Shown here: piece after piece, positions 24,230 to 40,035 of the stretch
Layout of the letters: every line of letters begins with the position of its first letter
Numbering within the stretch: position 1 is the first letter of the stretch
Source of the DNA: Haliotis rufescens
Taxonomy: Eukaryota
Length of the DNA: 64,000 bases
Assembly (NCBI RefSeq): GCF_023055435.1
Contig: NW_025963813.1
Span: 30,070,001 to 30,134,000, forward strand
Direction of reading: 5' to 3'
Notes under the pieces: generated by a model
What the model was told of the DNA's origin: nothing
The model's input: the letters and a program-made list of their open reading frames with translations, nothing else
The model's database searches: none
Translations under genes and position numbers: made by a program

Positions 24230-24925
24230 GTAAATCACAGTCAAACGCCTCTGACGTGAACGGTAATCCGTGGTAATGTCTCGATGAGACATCGCTCCAG
24301 GTCCTGACGGTTGCAGGCGATATTGATCACCATCTGACTTGCCTGTCAAGATGATCCCACAAAGGATCGATGGGGTTCATGTCAAGAGGCCATGGCAAAA
24401 CATCAACGTTCATGTTGTTGTAGAAGTCCCGTGTCGGCGCTGCATTATGGGGTCTAGCGTTATCATGCTGCAATACTATATACTGTGTGGCTGTTGTTGG
24501 ATAAATGACAACACAATGAGTCGCGATACCTCTGTGCGATACCTCTGTGCAAAATGGCTTAACTTCCTGGACAGTTTGGCTCTTGGCGTTCTTGACGTCT
24601 CATCATACGCTGTCGATCATCAGCTTGAAACAGGCAAAACCTACTCTCATCAGAGAACAGGACCGTCCCCAGTCTCGAACCTGCCGACGCTGAACCCGCC
24701 TTGCCCAAATCCGTCAACGTCATTCCACGGCGGGGGCGACGTACTCGGATACCATGTTCCCTCACTCGCCGTGACACTGTCTGTCGTCTGACACGATGTC
24801 CGTGTGTCGTCGATGACGTTGCTGTCGCGGGGATGAAGCGGTTTCGGAGATTAAATCCACGGATGTATCGGTCGTCAAGTGGCGTGATCACACGGGCTCC
24901 CCACTCCTAGGCCTGTCTGTTGTCT
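24230..24925 (-). pseudogene. Decayed Tc1-family transposase
   Basis: Across frames: DDRYIR...RQTVSRRVREHGIRVRRP, VLFSDESRF, LQHDNARPH, DMNPIDPLWDHL. Confidence 0.9.
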
Positions 24926-25087
24926 GAACTTGTTATGAAATTTGGTATGTGTTTAGTTCGTGGGGAACGCAAAACATTTGTTTTTCGCAATATTTGAAAT
25001 TATTACCTTTTTTACCACACTGGAAACGTCATCGCCTTTGAAATTACCAGACTGAGGAAACAACTAGCACTTATGGACTTTACTGGC

Positions 25088-25330
25088 TCCGTGAAGATCC
25101 GGGTTAGAATTGGTCTTTAGCAATCCATTCTTGCCATAAAAGGCGACTATGCTTGTCGTAAGAGGCGACTAACGGGATCGGGTGGTCAGGCTTGCTGACT
25201 TGGAAGATGTATGTCATCGTATCCCAATTGTCACTGGAGTGTCTGGTCTAGACTCGATTATTTAAAGACCGTCGTCATATAGCTGGAATATTGCTGAGTG
25301 CGGCATAAAACAACAAACAAACATACATAC
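25088..25330 (+). mobile_element. Short retroposon family C (non-tRNA head, (CAAA)n tail)
   Basis: CCGTGAAGATCCGGG(G/T)TAGAAT head and TATAGCTGGAATATTGCTGAGTGCGGC tail. Further copies near 33411, 34200, 37190, 39842, 40163, 53474, 54980, 55866, 60097, and one split by the LTR element (26490-26523 / 32114-32175). Confidence 0.85.
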
Positions 25331-26199
25331 TTTGCTGTACTTTTTAATTTGAAGTTACCAGTATTTATGCAGCAAACATCTAATATAAACTTTTGTTAAG
25401 TGGCATTCTTTGTTGATATTTTAAAGGGTGCATATCAAAGTGAGCTTCAGTGCTGTGCCACTATTTTTCACACTTTTGGGCGGATGATCCATAAACAAGT
25501 AAACAAGTAATTACAACAAGCCTGATGCGTGCTTTGTCTGACTGAGACCCTTGACTATTTCCAGTGCCCTACATGTACGTCCAATGTTGGCTCGCATGAC
25601 AATGATATCTCTGGGACGGTCACGTGCCTTCTACTTCAAGGACAGTTGTCCACTGTAGCATCTTTGCCCGGCGGCGGAAGGCGCCGGTATACTGGTTGTT
25701 CTGAGATTGTGTACTGGGGAATTGTGGGGAGCAGTAGTTTATGTGACAAAAGATTTCCTGGTCAAATTAATGGAAGCGAGGATAAGATATATTATATTAT
25801 TGGTTTTATTGCATGTAATTCATTTACACCTACTTGGGTGTCCCACTTTTTCTGCATTAGATCTCTGATGTAACATCTAATTACAGGTTTATAGTCACTG
25901 TAGGGTATAAGAAGTGGTGTGGGGGTGCCTCGGTAGTATAGAATGTGATTCACCCTCCTAGCTCCCAACCCACCATGGAGTGTCTACGTGGACGTCTGTG
26001 CATCTCCAACAGACTGCACCAAGGATGTCAGGAGGGTATACTCAAGCAGATATATATCTTGAAAAGATGGCACTGGTTTCTGGGCGCACATTTTGTATTT
26101 ATCAAGTAGTGTGAAAATCAATATTCATGTATATTCAAATATTTCTGTCATAAACAGACTTCCAAGCCAAATAGCGAAAAGAGCAAGAAAAGTAAAGTG

Positions 26200-26441
26200 C
26201 TCAGGGCTTGGCATGACCAGCCGATTGATAGAATCGGGCCCATTCTACCACCAAGTTAGGGTCAAAGTGGTGTTTAGGGCTAAGGAACACTATTGCCGGC
26301 CCAGGCGCCCTCAACCACCAGACTACCTTTCTCTGCCGACACAGGGACGCAACCCACGGCAAACAGGCTGTCCAATTTGGTCGCCTTTTACGACCAACAA
26401 TGGGGTGCTGAGGACTCATTCTACCCCGAGTCCACACGGGG
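26200..26441 (-). mobile_element. Element sharing the family C 5' head but with a different body (retroposon 5'-end-like)
   Basis: Minus strand CCCGTGTGGACTCGGGGTAGAATGAGTCCTCAGCACCCCATTGTTGGTCGTAAAAGGCGACC, then unrelated sequence. Confidence 0.6.
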
Positions 26442-26939
26442 GAAGAGTGATTAGCGTTACCCAGCACTCACCACGTGGCTGTAGAAGCATTGTTGTTTGT
26501 TGTTTAACGCAGCACTCAGCAATCGCCAGTTAGGTTAGGAGGAACTGTACACTTGTCACACATCGACAGGACACAGGTAAACACTTGATGATATTTATTG
26601 GCAACACTCGAAACGAACCGCGAACCCAAGCGAGCCTCCCAAGACAGGCGAGCTACCAAGGGGAGCTAACCCTGCTTACATTAAAGCATGCCAAGCAAAC
26701 CTGCGTTGGCGTGACTGTCTTTTTTTTCTTCATAATAAACGTTATCTAAACAAACCATAATGAAGGAAATAGGCGTGAAAAACAACTTGGTAAGTAAACA
26801 ATGATGTAATAAAGATCCAATTTCTGGTTAACCATGAAACCAATTGGTAAGTAAACCATCATAGGGAAGACTGCCCTCTGGTCGATGGGGATTATTCTGC
26901 CCCTCACAAACATAACATTTAATAAACAAACACAATACT

Positions 26940-29900
26940 TCAAAAGTCCAAAACGTATTCATCAAATCGCTTTGGTCGTTGACGTTGACGCGATGGCCTT
27001 GAAGTTGAAGATGACTGTATACCTGGGTCAAATAGGGGGTCAGATTGATCCGACGCAGAACTGATGTCGGTTGGGTGATTGTCATCAAACACGTCATCTT
27101 TAAGCGGTGGCAGAGGAGGAGTAGAAATTTCCAGAGGAATGTGCGGAGTCTCCGGTGTCTGGTGAAGTGTCTCAGGTGGGTCATCATCGATGTCAGATGT
27201 GTCCTCACTGTTCGCTTCATGCACACGTGTCTTGTTCCAAAGGGGGACTTTAAAACATTCTGAGAGCTTAACTCTGTATGAAGTGTTCCGCAGTTGGGTC
27301 CCAACGAACTTGCGGACATTGCACCAGAGGCCATCTTTGGTGACTATTAGGTAACGATTCCGTGCACATGTTTTATTGCGATCGTTATGAAGGTACACCA
27401 GGTCGCCAATCTCAATTTGATCAATAACAGGTCGATGACTCCGAGGAGCCTTGGATTTTTCACTGTGACCGTGGTTTTTTTGGCGATTAACATGTTGCTC
27501 TGTGATCAACTGCTTGTCGGACAGAGGCAACTGACAGTTTGTGAATTGGTCTCTCTGGGTCCACATCTCTCGAGAAGACAGGCCTCGTGAACGAATGCGT
27601 GTGTTTAGGCGGGCGACAGCGATGGCAAGAGCTGTTGGTGTAGTGGGGCCCCGTACAGGGTCTTGGCGCACAAGCTCATCCTCTAATTCTTGTATGGCCT
27701 TTTCAGCAACTGGGTTCTTGTTCACTTTCTTCACTCTGCCTATTTCTAGGGTAATTCTATGTTGCTGGAGACGTTCATCCGTGACTAGACTGCTAAAGCC
27801 TGGAGCTGGGTCAGTGCGGATAACAGCGTGAGGACCATCAAGTGGACGGAATTCAATGCTAAGACGAATCAATGCCTCACACAGGGTGGAGCCACGCTCA
27901 TCGGTAATGATGCACGCCGCAGTGTAGGATGTGACACATTCACGTAGAACGAGGATTAGTTGTCGTTCCCTGCGCATAACATCTGACGCAAATGCAAACC
28001 CAACAGTTTCAGGTGGATCACTGGTGCTTTGGTCCACAACAACATGAGGTGTCTTACGCAAGGAGGCGCACCGGTGACAAGATTTTGAGACAGTGTTTAT
28101 GGATCTGTCAAGGTCCAAAGCAAAGAAGTATCTATGGCATACTTGCTTGAGTTGGTGTGCAGATGGATGATCCAGTTGTATGTGTAGGGCAGTCAGGACT
28201 CCGTCTAATACTTGTCTTGGAACAACAATGCACTCTCTTGGTGAACCGAGTGGTTCAGATTTTCGGACAACAAGCAATCCATCCTTGGAGATGGTTGCTG
28301 CATTTAGGTATCGTTTGACATCCCTGATGTTTGTTATCTTCTTGGATGGTCGGGTACCTTGGAGAAGATGAGCATGTGTTCGTCGAAGATCCTGGCACTC
28401 CTCTTGCAAGGAACGCCAAGCAGACCTGCTTGTGAAAGGAAGGCGGGTTGTTCCATTCATGATGTCCTCTATAGACAGTTGTCGAACAACAGAGCTTTCT
28501 GTGCGCTCAATGAAGGAGCAGATTTGGCAAGAGGGATTGTCACATTCTGGTGCATTTCTGCTTGCAAAATCGGATGGCACATTTGCAGAACCAGCGAGAT
28601 GTTGTATCGTTGCTTGGTAGCGGCTAACTGTCGATAAGAAGGTAGACACCCGAGGACTAGCAGAGAACTCCCCACGGCATAACTTCTCAAATGCCAAAAC
28701 ACATGGTCTACTGTCGGTAAGGATACATGCTTTGTGTTTTGACTGGATAATGAAAGGACTGAAATGCTTTGTAGCGATAGCAATTGAAAGGGCTTCCACT
28801 TCACATGGTAACCATGCGACCTGTTGTCGCCGAAGCTTGGCACTGAAGAATCCTGCTAGTCGTGGCGAGTCACTACGTGTTACATAAAGTGTTGTTCCAA
28901 TTCCTGGTTTCCTAACAGCACCATCAGTTACAATCCAGAGTTGGTCATCAGGGTGGGGCAGTACTATGGATTTGTTGGATGCGAGACCAGTCTGTGCTGT
29001 TTTGAAGGCATCGAGCAAAGAATCAGACCACAGAAGCTTTTTTCACTGGACTGGCGACCGCCCACTTCAGCATCAAGTGGGGCAAGGAGTGTGGAACAAC
29101 CAGGTATTACATGGGACAAGACCTTGTAAGCTCCAATAAATGACCGTAAGCCAGTCACTGTTTCCGGAGGTGAACAAGAAGCCAGAGTTGATATGCGGTG
29201 TTGACTTGCCTGAATGGATCCTTGGTGCCATTGCCATCCTAGGATGGTTGTTGTCCTGGGAGCAATGACTGTCTTGTTAGGAGATAATCTGAGATTGTTG
29301 TGTTTGAGCGCTTCAAGTACGCGTCTCCAATGAAGAAGTAACTCATCCGGGCTATCAGCACCACAATAAAGGTCGTCAGCAAGCTTAGCAATCACCCCTT
29401 CCTCTAAAAGATCCCCTAGTACGCGGCGCATGAGCTCCTCCAATGCAGTTTCAGAGCCCGGCATTCCGATTGCAGACCTGGCATATACTCTCACACCACG
29501 GAACGGGGTCACTACACCGCAGTATTTCATCGATTCCTTGGACAGAGGAATCTGATAAAAGGCATTGGTTAAATCTGTGGTTATAATGTACTTCCACTTG
29601 GCAATCTGTCTTAGAGTAGAATCGACATCAGGCATGAGGGAAGGTTGTGGCTTACTGTATCGTCCTACATCAGAGAAGGCGGTCACCAATCTGTAACCAC
29701 CAATGGACTTCTTGATTAGGAAAGAAGGGTTGAGGTATTCTACTTGGATACCAGCATCTTCAGGTCGTACAAATACACCCATCCGCTCAAGTTCATTGAA
29801 CTTTTGTTGGAGCTTAGAAAGTTTATCTCGTGAGTATTGCGGGACACGACCCTTCCGTTGTGGAGGTTGTACAGGTCCCATGTTAACAAATGCTTGAAAG

Positions 29901-31786
29901 GGGCCTGAAGCACCATTATAGCCATCGATATGTTGGTTAAACACATCGTCGAACTCCGTAAGTAGTAACTCAAACTGAGATTTGGTATCTTGCGGGAGGA
30001 TATTGTCTGGGTCTACACAAACAGTGGATGAGAAACCAATGTCCTTAATTTGAGGGGACATAGTTGGTGGTAGCAGATGTGCGGGCTCAACATCATAACC
30101 AGGGTCGCAGTCAGGTATAAAAACTGGGCGAATCTGGCAAAAGTGCTCGTGTTTCTTGAGCAGTTGTGGAGTGTCGTACAGATTCGGGATCCTGATTTTG
30201 CCTGAGACACTTGAGATAATTCCTAATTCTGGCCAAGTGGATGATAAGGTAGAGCGTCCAGGTCTGGTATCTATGCGGGGTTCTATGGCAAATGTGAAAT
30301 CCGAAGGAGCAAAGCTTTCAGGAACCGGCACCTCAATAAAGTCTCCAGGCCATATGGTAGTAGAAGTGTCTGGGGCTCTGAGTACGCAAGCTCGTCTCAC
30401 AGTATGTTTGTCACCAGTTGTTTCTGTGGAACCGTATGTGTATGTCGTACCATCACCAAGTATGATCCGATGTTTTCCAGGGCGTACTGCCACATCGTTG
30501 GCCTCCATAAATGGTATGCCTGCAAGGACTTCTACATCCAGGTTTTCCACCACAAGACCACTAAAATCGAACTCCTTGTTGTCGCGTGTGAAAAGGATTC
30601 TTGTCTCTCCAACGACCTTCAGTGGGGAAGAACCATCTGCCTGATGGGCTGACTGAGAGCTAGTCTTGATGTCAGCGCCGAAGCCTGTTGCTGTTGAGAG
30701 GCGGATCATATTACCAGTAGCTCCACTATCTACAGTGACTAGTGCCGTCTGGTGGCCACAAAAACAGTACATATAGGGCGACTGACGGACTTGCACACGA
30801 AGAGTTGAGACAGGTTCAGTAGATGGCACTGCACACGCATTTTCAACTGTATCACTAGCATCGTCAGCAGGGTCATCAAGTATACTGGCAATTTGTCTTG
30901 CCATGTATCTCCGGTCATGATCTGGAAGGAACTTGCACTCGCTGAGATAATGAACATGATCGCTGCGTCCTGCAGCTTTACACAGTGGGCATGATTTTGG
31001 AAACTTTCTACCCGTTTGTTGTGCTTTAGCAAAACGTGAGAATGACAAGCGCTGTTGTGAAGTGTTTGTCCTCATAACCTTAGCATCCTCTGCTGTGCGG
31101 ATTTCATCTAAAAGTGAATCGAGAGCCTGTTAGATTTCAGGTTTCAAAGAGGAAATTGTTTGTGAGCGAAGATCTGTCCCATAACGTTGTTTGACGAGCT
31201 TTGGAAGTTCAACGTGTATTAGCCTCAGCCATGTAAGCACAACAAAATTTTCTAACGATGGTGACAATTCCTCGTCCTCTTCAGGTGCATTGCCATAGTG
31301 GGTTATTCCCCCTTCACGGCGGAGTAAATTGTCCTCCACAAAAGCCATTAGTCTCTGATACAAATCTTCCGGTCTCTCGTCATTTTCAAGTTTGATTTCG
31401 GCAAAGTCAATGAAATGAGCGCCAGTTGCTTGGAACCCGAAATGTAGGCGTATGGCATCTACAGACGTTGAGGATTTTATTATGGTGTTCCGTGAAATTA
31501 TCGGACAATAATTGGCAATCTAGCCGAGCATAAGCTCCAAACTGCTAACCTTTTGTCTTGCAGTTCTCCTAACAGCTTCACGGACGTCTTCCCCGTCGTC
31601 AGTCATGCCCCTGAGTGGCGTGGCCCTAGTTTTCTTATGCCAGACTGCCCCGTCGGCAAGAAATGGAGTAAAATTTGTGTCCAAAGATAATGTATAAAGG
31701 AGATTTTGCCTCCAGTTCTCGAAAGAATTTACAGTCTCAATCTTACCGAGGCACCATTGCTTCGGGGCACGTTGAGCGTTGGCCAT
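26940..31786 (-). pseudogene. gag-pol polyprotein with stops at 31520-31522 and 31130-31132 and a frameshift near 29030
   Basis: Gag Zn knuckle CPLC...H...C; protease VDSGA; RT TDLTNAFYQIP and LADD; RNase H VTDGA, EVEAL, LTDS; integrase HHCC and D...D(35)E (SDV, RTDP, VAEK). Confidence 0.92.
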
Positions 31787-31913
31787 AATGACAGTCTTGT
31801 TTACTCTGCGTTATCCAGGCACTCTACCGCCTGACCTGTTGATCACGTTCAGTGAAAGTATGCAAGTACTACAGTTCGTTGTGCCGCCTGCTTCGTTAGA
31901 CGTGAGTTCAAAC

Positions 31914-31925
31914 CCGCTGCCACCA
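31914..31925 (-). promoter_or_regulatory. Primer-binding site complementary to a tRNA-Leu 3' end
   Basis: TGGTGGCAGCGG is the reverse complement of ...CCGCTGCCA-CCA, the 3' end of metazoan tRNA-Leu(AAG/TAG). Confidence 0.75.
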
Positions 31926-34840
31926 CGCCAGTTAGGTTAGGAGGAACTGTACACTTGTCACACATCGACAGGACACAGGTAAACACTTGATGATATTTAT
32001 TGGCAACACTCGAAACGAACCGCGAACCCAAGCGAGCCTCCCAAGACAGGCGAGCTACCAAGGGGAGCTAACCCTGCTTACATTAAAGCATGCCAAGCAA
32101 ACCTGCGTTGGCGAATATTACAATTTTATGACAGTCTGTAAATCAAGTCTGGACCAGAAAATCCAGTGATTAATAATACTGTAATCATCATCCTTTCCCA
32201 AAGAACACACGCAAGTCGTTGCCACAATCAACACACGTCTTTATTTCATTACTGAACAAATCCAACTGTCCTAATGGTCTGACTGCCCCCTACTTTATTC
32301 TATTCTTACCGTGTACCCGCTTACCAAGCAACCATCCCCTTCGTCCGCCATATTCGTTCTGCCTCCGTTTAGAGTTATCCCCCTTATACAGCCAAGCTCC
32401 TCACAGCAATATCCCGTTCGCGGAGCTCTCTATTTACTATCGCTGACACCAGTCAAACTCCCCACGGTGATAGATGACCAAAACCATGCTTGGAGTTGAA
32501 CTCGCAGCCGATTGACCGTTATGTTTACAAACAAGTGACGACTGTCGTGACGCCGAATACACTTACCGCTGATAAATTACTTTCTTTGTTTGTCAATTTG
32601 AATTTCTATTTCATTAAAATTATCATGTAATTGATAAAGTAAGAATGTAAGGGAGAAGTTGGTTGATTTTCCGTTAGTCTGCAATCTCGAACCAATCTGA
32701 TTATACAAACAACAAAGTAAATTCATCTGGAAAACATGGTCAGTCGTAAACCTTTTCAAAATCAAATATGATGGTATTCCGAAAGATATAAACAAAAGTA
32801 TAAACGTTACTACATTTGGGGTTAGAGGGCAAATTTCAAGATTCTTGTAATGGCCGCGCCCACTCTGGTGGCAGCGATGTTACCGAGAGTGTAACGAAGG
32901 TGTCACGCACTGGGAAGGAGCTTGTGACAGTGCATATAGGGTAACACAAGTTGCCTCCCCTTATACAATACTTCAACGCTCCACGTCGTCGGGACATGCA
33001 ATCGATTACGCCTACTCTTCCGACCAGCTAGGGACGTATTCTAACCACAGGGTTTATAGAAATAACGGTATATCCGTTAAAACAATCAAAAAAAGCGGAG
33101 TGATCAAGACGAATCAGGCAAAGTGGTTGTTTGAAGGCTGTCAAGGTCAGAGATGACACATAGCAAGTCACACATGTAACTAACCAATACTCAAGCCACA
33201 AAGTATTTTTGCTAAGCGTATTATCCATATGCAATAACATTGCAAAGAAGCTTACCCCCGCGAGGATTTCGGTTATTGGTCCATAGCAACCCATGACGGT
33301 CGGTATAGGCGACTCAATGGGTCGTACATGATAGGTACAATGCGGTTCTCTCTTTATATGGGGACGTAACCCCCTTTTGGTACGCGGGATTCGCGAGTTT
33401 GTTGGCATGGTATGGTTTCTTGCTTAACGCCAAACTCATCAATATTCCAGCTATATGACGGCGGTCTGTAAATAATCGAGTCTGGGGACCAGACAATCCA
33501 GTGATGAATATCATGAGCATCGATCGATGGGATCGATGACATGCATCAACCAAGTCAGCGAGCCTGACCACCCGATCTCATCAGTCGGATCTTACGACAA
33601 GCATAGTCGCCTTTTCCGCCAAGTTGTTGTTGAAAATAAAATGCAACAAACGGTAACCTGCTTGCTTATGTTCAAGAAACATTCATCAATGACATCCTTC
33701 TTATGATTTTGTGAGAGTTAAACAGTGACAGTTTCTTTATGTATGAGAAACCCTCATCAATGGCCTATATGCCACGTACATGTAGGTTACAAGCAAAACA
33801 AGCAAGAGTGAGCCAGTGAGTTAAAATGTAACATCAAATCTGCATAATAATTTTACAATTTCAACCCTACCAGGGGCACAGTCACTAAAAATCACAGTTA
33901 ACAATCATTTACTACCGATTTATGAAATAACTAACTTTGTATGTCATTTTTTTAAAATTCTATTTCTTTTAATAAGCACAATATTAAATGAAAATTATCA
34001 TTAATAATGAAGTCTTTGACATTTTTTCACTGAAATATTTATCCCTTGTGATGGCAAAATCAATACAGTCAGGCAGGACATGCTTGATCCTCTCCTTTTA
34101 AATGGATATTTCTGTGAATATCTGCTGTGGCCTTTACGGGGGCGGTCGGATAGCCTAGTGGTTAAAGCGTTCGCTCGTCACGACGAAGACCCGGGTTTGA
34201 GCCTGACCACCCGATCCCGTTAGTCGCCTTTTACGACAAGCATAGTCACCTTTTACAGCAAGCATGGGTTGCTGAAGACCTATTCTATCCCGGAATCTTC
34301 ACGGGTTGGGGTTTGTTTGGAGGGTATTCGGGACTCAGTAGTGTGGTACACGGGATGGCTATAAAGACATATTTGGTACGCAGATTCAACATTTAAAAAG
34401 AATATTGGTGTGCGTAAAAAAATCCTTCATATATTTTTTCGACATTATTTTGAGTAATTTAACTTCAGATCGCACCCTTTTAGGGCCAAGGAACGTGTTC
34501 TGTAGGTTTTTGTCTGTGATTGACATTCTGCCTTCATCGAGTGAATTCTATGAATTAGTTTTGATATTTGTGTCAAGTAGTATTCGGGATTCAGGGGTGA
34601 GCACATGAGACTCGGGATTCAGGTGAGGTGGTTGTGGCACTCCCTTAGAGTGGCTATCGGGTAGCCTAGTGGTTAAAGCGTTCGCTCGGGTTTCGATGCC
34701 CGACATGGGTACAATTGTGTGAAGCCCATTTCTAGTGTTCCCCGCCGTGATATTGCTTGAATATTGCGAAAAGCGGCGTAAAACCATACTCACTCACTCA
34801 CTTAAATTGCAGAGAAATACTTTTGTGACCATCTTTCTAA

Positions 34841-38617
<3,777 letters not shown>

Positions 38618-38636
38618 AGCAACATTGAGTCATTTA

Positions 38637-39840
38637 GGAGATAAACATACTGTGTTTTCAATGTAGAGCTAGGTTAACTGTAGATTTAACCGCGTGAAAT
38701 TGAATTTGGAAACGAACGCGCAGCGTGAGGTTTCAGATGTTAAATTTAGCCATTATGACGTCATATTGCCCTTTGTGACGCAATAGATATGACGTCACGG
38801 TCGTAAACAGAAAAGCGTCAAATTCCAAGCACTCTGTTGTCTCAAACCTTAAACACATTCTCTTGTAGATTTCTATCGTGATTTCTGCACGAAATGTATT
38901 GCCCCACATCCTTCGAATATTGTAGTAACCGCACCTTTGAATGTTGTAACCTGTAATTGTAGATATAATTATTTAAATATGCCTTCCGACAATGACTGAA
39001 AAAAGTGCTATTCTATGAATATGAGCTTACGCCGTAGTGCGGCCGTCAAACCAGCTGTTTCAATCAGACGGGGTTTATTTTGATTTAATAGCCTCTCATT
39101 GACCAATCAGAATCGAGTAATTTGCAAATTCATGGTAGAAGGAATATAAGGAGTTGAAGCGACTGTGTTTTCAATGTAGAGATAAATGTACAGGAAACGT
39201 AGCTCTACATTGAAAACACAGTATGTTTTACTCCATTCTATCATGACTAAATAAGGCGCGAACTATTTGGTGTTAGCAGATATATTGAGTGAAGCGGCAT
39301 GGGTTGAGTCCAGTGTTTTGAGTGGGTTTTCTATCTATATTTCGGAATCACCGACAAAGGCCTTTAAACACAATATGGAGCTGTTTTTGCTCAAGCATTT
39401 TGTAATGCTCAAGCATTTTGTAATTTTGTAAAGCACACTGTAATGCTTCACTCGAATGTACGCAGGGCAACTTCGTAAGCTAACATGAGGTGGGCACCCC
39501 TGAAGAACACAAATCAAACCTTGCAAAGCTTTAGTTTCTACACCGCGCGTCACCATTATGACGTCATCTCACATTGTGACGTAAATGATATGACGTCACA
39601 GTCGTATATAGAAAAGTGCCAAATTCCAAGCTCTCTGTTCTCCCCAAGACTTAAAACACTTTCTCTTTACAGATTTCTATCGTGTTTTCTGCACTCAATC
39701 TATTGACACACATCCTTTGAATACTGTAGCGACCGCCACTTTGCACTTTGTAATCTATTATTGTAGATATTAATTATTTAAATATGCCTACAGACAATGA
39801 CCAAAGAATACTATTCTATAAATCGGCTGTTTCAATCAGA
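38637..39840. mobile_element. Inverted-repeat element (38637-39235) plus a diverged second copy of its interior (39550-39840), just after the CDA stop
   Basis: GGAGATAAACATACTGTGTTTTCAATGTAGAGCTA is mirrored at 39200-39235. Segments 38750-39070 and 39553-39840 align (CATTATGACGTCAT...AGATTTCTATCGTG...CTGTTTCAATCAGA). Confidence 0.7.
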
Positions 39841-40035
39841 TTCCGGGGTAGAATAGGTCTTCAGCAACCCATGCTTGCCGTCAAAGGCGACTTTGCTTGT
39901 CGTAAGAAGCGACTAACGGGATCGGATGGTCAGGCTCGCTGACTTGGTTGATGCATGTCATCGCAACCCAATTGCGGGAATCGATGCTCATGAAATCAAT
40001 GACTGGATTGTCTGGCCCAGACTGATCGCAGCGTC

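Larger units (their letters stand above)
26524..32113 (-). mobile_element. Full-length Gypsy-like LTR retrotransposon with CG...CG termini and 3-bp TSD (Troyka-like)
   Basis: 188-bp LTRs at 26524-26711 and 31926-32113, both CGCCA...TGGCG. TSD AAT. PBS abuts the 5' LTR; purine tract GAAGAAAAAAAAAGACAG precedes the 3' LTR. Domain order gag-PR-RT-RH-IN. Confidence 0.92.

Noticed and set aside
25529-26090. GC-richer exon-like patches (also 60400-60670 and 7140-7390)
   Set aside because: No recognisable protein motif or consistent splice chain by eye; would need BLASTX or RNA-seq.
31130-31522. Programmed readthrough at the gag stops
   Set aside because: Both stops fall inside Gag, upstream of the Zn knuckle, and look like single-base nonsense changes.
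33641-33655. ATGCAACAAACG|GT as CDA exon 1
   Set aside because: It gives phase 0, whereas the exon at 34875 needs phase 1.
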